DNA from: Malacoraja senta
Lineage: Eukaryota
Length of the DNA: 64,000 nucleotides
Direction of reading: 5' to 3'
Assembly: GCA_038087875.1 (NCBI GenBank)
Contig: CM075987.1
Location: forward strand, 18,414,001-18,478,000
Made by a program: the position numbers and the translations under genes. The notes under the pieces were generated by a model. That model ran no database searches. It worked only from the letters and a program-made list of their open reading frames with translations, and was not told the origin of the DNA. Shown here in pieces: positions 63,586 through 64,000 of the stretch (position 1 is its first letter; each line of letters starts with the position of its first letter).

Positions 63586-64000
63586 TAAGCAAAGAAGGGT
63601 TCTTGGGAAAAAAGAACTGCCTTAAATTTAGTTGCGTCTGGTTGGGTAACTACGGTAGGTTGAAGACTACTCCATGCTTTAATTGTGCGGGGGAACTCCA
63701 TGGAGCAGCCAGCATCTCTGGATAGAAGAAATTGGGTGACGTTTCAGGTAGAGACCTTTCTTTAGATTTCCTCTGGTTTTAGTGTTTTTAAGTTAAATTC
63801 AAAGATACAGCGTGGAAACAGGCCCTTCAGCCCACCGATCACCTGTACACTAGTTCTATCCCACACATTAGCTACGTAAGTCAAGAGTCAAGAGTTTTTA
63901 TTCTCTCACGTCCCAGTTAGAACAATGAAATCCTTACTTGCAGCAGCACAACAGAGGTGGGGGAGGGGGGGGGTGGTGTGTGTGTGTGAGATATATATAT

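Noticed and set aside
59700-64000. Upstream CAMSAP1 coding exon ending in ..HQK
   Set aside because: No matching exon found; it presumably lies beyond the window.
1-64000. CRISPR arrays, operons or other prokaryotic systems
   Set aside because: The sequence is intron-containing vertebrate DNA, with no regularly spaced repeat-spacer array.

Overview
Eukaryotic, AT-rich, repeat-rich vertebrate DNA. The CR1, SINE and Penelope repeat families suggest a cartilaginous fish, probably a skate or ray (inference). All protein-coding genes are on the minus strand, and I assembled them by hand from GT/AG sites and codon phase. (1) 36880-59649: the 3' portion of CAMSAP1, with 13 constitutive coding exons from the CH domain to the CKK domain and stop, a 33-nt microexon (SPSKWYWKLVP) and a candidate 57/65-nt cassette exon; the 5' exons lie beyond the window. 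(2) Downstream, a tandem pair of complete five-exon genes that the ORF track shows only in fragments. Both encode single-pass leucine-rich-repeat receptors: signal peptide, LRRs, LRRCT, Thr/Pro stalk, TM helix and a very long, mostly low-complexity cytoplasmic tail. Gene A spans 14151-21103 (660 aa) and gene B spans 3452-10920 (1018 aa). I cannot name either gene. Their tails are otherwise unalignable but share a gapless 21-aa motif near the C-terminus, and gene A has two ITIM-consensus sites; this pair is the best candidate for an undescribed system. (3) Many transposons: CR1 LINE fragments, tRNA-SINEs, Penelope-like elements with a GIY-YIG endonuclease and minimal hammerhead-ribozyme motifs, a non-autonomous Helitron, a deleted Tc1, and Harbinger/hAT-like MITEs. 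One Penelope-derived insertion duplicated the first splice donor of gene A. Most short ORFs in the track are spurious or repeat-derived. TE boundaries are approximate unless a TSD or TIR is stated.
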